Positions 61,001 through 64,000 of a stretch of 64,000 nucleotides of DNA are shown piece by piece. The position numbers and the translations under genes are program-made. Below the pieces are notes generated by a model, which did no database searches, was not told the origin of the DNA, and saw only the letters and a program-made list of their open reading frames with translations. The stretch spans positions 12,402,001 through 12,466,000 of the forward strand of contig OZ249436.1 in NCBI GenBank assembly GCA_965235115.1. The letters are read 5' to 3'. How positions within the stretch are numbered: the stretch's first letter is position 1; each line of letters opens with the position of its first letter. Origin of the DNA: Laetmonice hystrix. Taxonomy: Eukaryota.

Positions 61001-61914
61001 GGTGAGGGTGGTGGCAAGCAGGAATCTTTCTCAGTTTTATAGCTTGTCAGTGATTTTATTCCATAATATTATCAGGCCTGAAACACAGCCTATTGGTGAT
61101 TTGGGTCACGTATCAAGGCCAAAACTCAGCATATTGGGTTGATATGGCAAAAAGGCCTAGTTAGAACCCTGAAATGAATCATAATTCATGTTCATCATTA
61201 GGCCTATTTTTGGAATCAAAATTTTATATTGGCTTTGACAGACTACCCACATACAGTGGGGGATCCAGGATTTCAGGAAAGGAGCAGATTCGCCTTGTTC
61301 TAGTCTAGATCTAGTTGATAGCAACGGCGTCATACACAGGCGTCTTTCTTCGACAGGTCTACGTAATAATCTAAAACATAATCTTGCATTATTCTTGGCT
61401 TAAATGACTTTATTGGCGGAAAGCACAGGAAAGCACAATGAGCGGGCCAAGTCAGTACGACCACCTCATTGAATATATAGGTCTCATGACATAAGTAACC
61501 ACTGGGGGCGCTGCGAACTAAGCTACATTTTGAGCGATAATTGGGGCAGGAAAGAGAGTTGACATTCTCTCTAGTACAGTTCTATGATTACACGCAGCTA
61601 GTGTAGTAGGAGGTCGATATGAATACACGGCTATAATCCTTAGCCTGACCATGCTGATACGGCCAGCGGGACTGACGCTAGGCCTACTTTTACTTTATGC
61701 ACCGTTTTCATGCCAATGGCAATGATAATGCCATGGTTAAAGCCACTGACCTAGCGCAAGAATTCAGAGTCTGGGCAGGGAGATTTTGTAAAACCTCCTT
61801 GACAACCTCGTGTAGCACCGTAAGGACAAATTCAGCCTTGTCTGACGCCACGTTACCATCGCTTTCAGCTTCGATGCTTGAGCAACCCGGTTCCTGTAAA
61901 CCCAATGCCGCCAT
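58030..61914 (-). CDS. FBXO22: F-box only protein 22 (F-box + FIST domains), about 438 aa. Exons 61914-61751, 60272-60146, 59645-59438, 59097-58725, 58474-58030
   Basis: F-box EVVKEVLQNLPAQTLNSCARVCKRW; FIST-N GIIADGIVGT and VVAGG; FIST-C GFMFACIGRG...[24 protein letters not shown]...HSYTTIFVL. Start context caacATGGCGG. Confidence 0.9.
60800..61171. mobile_element. hAT-like element with 5-bp TSD in FBXO22 intron 1
   Basis: AAATG|cagggttctagctag ... ctagttagaaccctg|AAATG. Confidence 0.7.
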
Positions 61915-63045
61915 GTTGAGTTGTAAATATTTTGTCACGTGACATGTTCGAGCCGAAAGTTCATTCAGTGCATTATTTCCATACAATACTACCCAACAGA
62001 TGGCGACAGTAGTCTTGGTGGGATAGGATAGTCACAAACACACTCGCGCTCCCTCTGAATGGCCCTGTATTTTTTTTTCTTTCTGGGAGAGGGCCCCCAA
62101 CCCCTCCCCCGCTCATGACTTCGCGCCTTCGGCGTTTGTATCAAATGTATACCTAGGGGACACGCCCTTTTCAAAATTCATGGATCCACCCGTGACTGCC
62201 CCCCCCCCTGCGGCTCTGGCTCTGAGTCTGACTCAGAGTCAGAAACAGAAACGAGAAAGGCTATAAAATTTGTATACTACGACTACGTCCTTGTATTTAG
62301 GGCTAGATCTATATAATTTATTCTTTGTTTCCATTGCCATTGGCTAGCCTGGATGTCAACTTGAATGGATTTGGCACCACACCAAAGAACCTCGATCGAG
62401 GTTCGTTGACCACCAAACCAAGAATATTGGAATGGGTACATCCCAATATTCTTGACCAAACTCTCGGGTGGCACCACCACGTGCAGCTTGTACCCGTGGC
62501 GCCACCTGGAGTATTAAAACTACCACCGGAGGGCGCAGTAAGTACACGCCTCGTCGATGCGGGTAGGCAGGCGGATGCGGGTTTGCGAGATGCCTATGTC
62601 ATTTAGTTCCTTGTTGTAGCTAAAACCTATGTTATATGAACTTGTTTAGTTCATTTGATATTTTTAGTTTCAACTTTAAGAATATTCGGGCTTTCCGTAG
62701 GTCGGCCATCGGTATTTCTGAAGGTAAGTTGAGTGGTAAAGAGGCATGAGGTCCTATTATCGCTCGGAATTGACGAGTAATGGCACGCCGTAATGGTGCT
62801 GGCAGTGAGTGGTACTGATAGTGTGATAGGCTTGGCCACTGGCACTGGTACTGCTGTTGACGGATTCAGCACCGAGTCCTGTAGTTGGTACCATGCAGTT
62901 TCATTTCTTGATATAGCGCATCATGCTGCGCACCCAGCAGTTTTGTTTCTATGGCAACTATATAATTATGATAGAGTAGGCCTATCTCAACTCAAGAGGC
63001 AAGTTAGTTCAGTTTCTAAACGGTGTCTTCCAGAACACCGTATTT

Positions 63046-63438
63046 GGGTAACACGACATGTCCGCCCGTCGCCATGTCCGCCCGGTCATGTCCGCCCCCC
63101 GGGATGTAGGCCCCTACCCCCGGTCATGTCCCCCTTCATGTCCGGCGCTCGCCGCTCCGCTCAAGAGGCACCCGGCAAGGGACACGTTACCTACGAGGTG
63201 GCTCTCATTTTGTTGGGCACTTAGCGATTACAATAGTTGATCTAGGGTTGTTGATACACTCCTCTAACTCAGTAGACTGTCCTAGTCACGTTGACGGCTT
63301 TTCCCGGGACCACGGGCGGCAGGGGGGCGGCTGACTGAGTGGAGTGTCTATCACAGAGCCTCGGAGGCAAGGCGGGCGGGAGGGCATTAGTACCGAGGGG
63401 CGGACATGACCGGGCAGACATGTCGTGCAGTGTTCTCC
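63046..63438. mobile_element. Non-autonomous DNA element with subterminal catgtccgccc repeats
   Basis: cacgacatgtccgccc...catgtccgccc repeats at the left end and inverted gggcggacatgaccgggcagacatgtcgtg at the right end. Confidence 0.6.
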
Positions 63439-64000
63439 ACAGGGTCGGGCCAAGGTCGGGCGGCCCGATGTAACGAGCACCGAAGGCGCGAGAGGCGAGC
63501 GCCGTTTGGTTGGGGGGGGGGGGTCTGGGGGTCATCCCCCAGAAAATTTTGAACTGTACTGTAGAAGCCCGGAGATGCGATTTCCCGGCATCTGGGAGAG
63601 AAAATGACTGCTCTCGGAAGGCACCCCAATCGCCTATTTTTAACTGACCAAGTTCAGAAAACCATGGTTATAATCCTGAGCCAGAACAGTATGCCACAAC
63701 GAAGAGCTAATTTTACTTAATTTTTATTACACTTTACGCCCAGGATGATTCCAAATGCCCCCAGCTCGATAGATCAGCGGTAGAACACAGTGGCCGACCC
63801 GGTCGTTGCTACGGCTACGCTGCTCACCAACCCTTACAGCATAGAATGGGCTGTCCCCAGTCACTGTGCTGTGGGCGATTCCACTTAACGTAGGGGGCCT
63901 GGGTTGGTCAGACGGCGAGTGTGACGGAGTTTGGCTGTGTCAAATCGTCATTTAAGTAATTTTAACTAGCTCTAAGACTAAGGCCCAGTAAGAGTATGAT

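Noticed and set aside
63760..63950. tagatcagcggtagaac resembles a tRNA A-box (tRNA gene or SINE head)
   Set aside because: No B-box or cloverleaf follows; at most a decayed SINE that I cannot support.

Overview
Intron-rich animal genomic DNA, most likely an invertebrate; the species cannot be determined from sequence alone. I reconstructed seven spliced protein-coding genes by hand from splice signals and protein motifs: (1) the 5' part of an MPPE1/Cdc1-family metallophosphoesterase (-, runs off the left edge); (2) a protein with four C2H2 zinc fingers (+); (3) a two-exon YitH/HolE-like tandem GNAT acetyltransferase (+); (4) a coiled-coil adaptor with a degenerate UBAN and CCHC zinc finger, of the ABIN/NEMO/optineurin/CEP55 type (-); (5) HERC4 E3 ligase (+); (6) a MET-like tyrosine kinase with almost no ectodomain (-); (7) FBXO22 (-). 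Introns and intergenic DNA carry many non-autonomous DNA transposons (Harbinger-, hAT-, Tc1/pogo- and Helentron-like). The most notable observations are: tandem-duplicated, probably mutually exclusive 48-nt exons in the HERC4 HECT N-lobe; an ectodomain-less, non-RD (HKD) MET-like kinase; a perfect kappaB palindrome plus CRE at the divergent promoter of the ABIN-like gene and HERC4; several CAG...CTG elements with 5-6-bp rather than 8-bp target duplications; and a strong, clustered excess of the octamer TAGGCCTA. All gene models are manual and unverified by transcripts or database searches.
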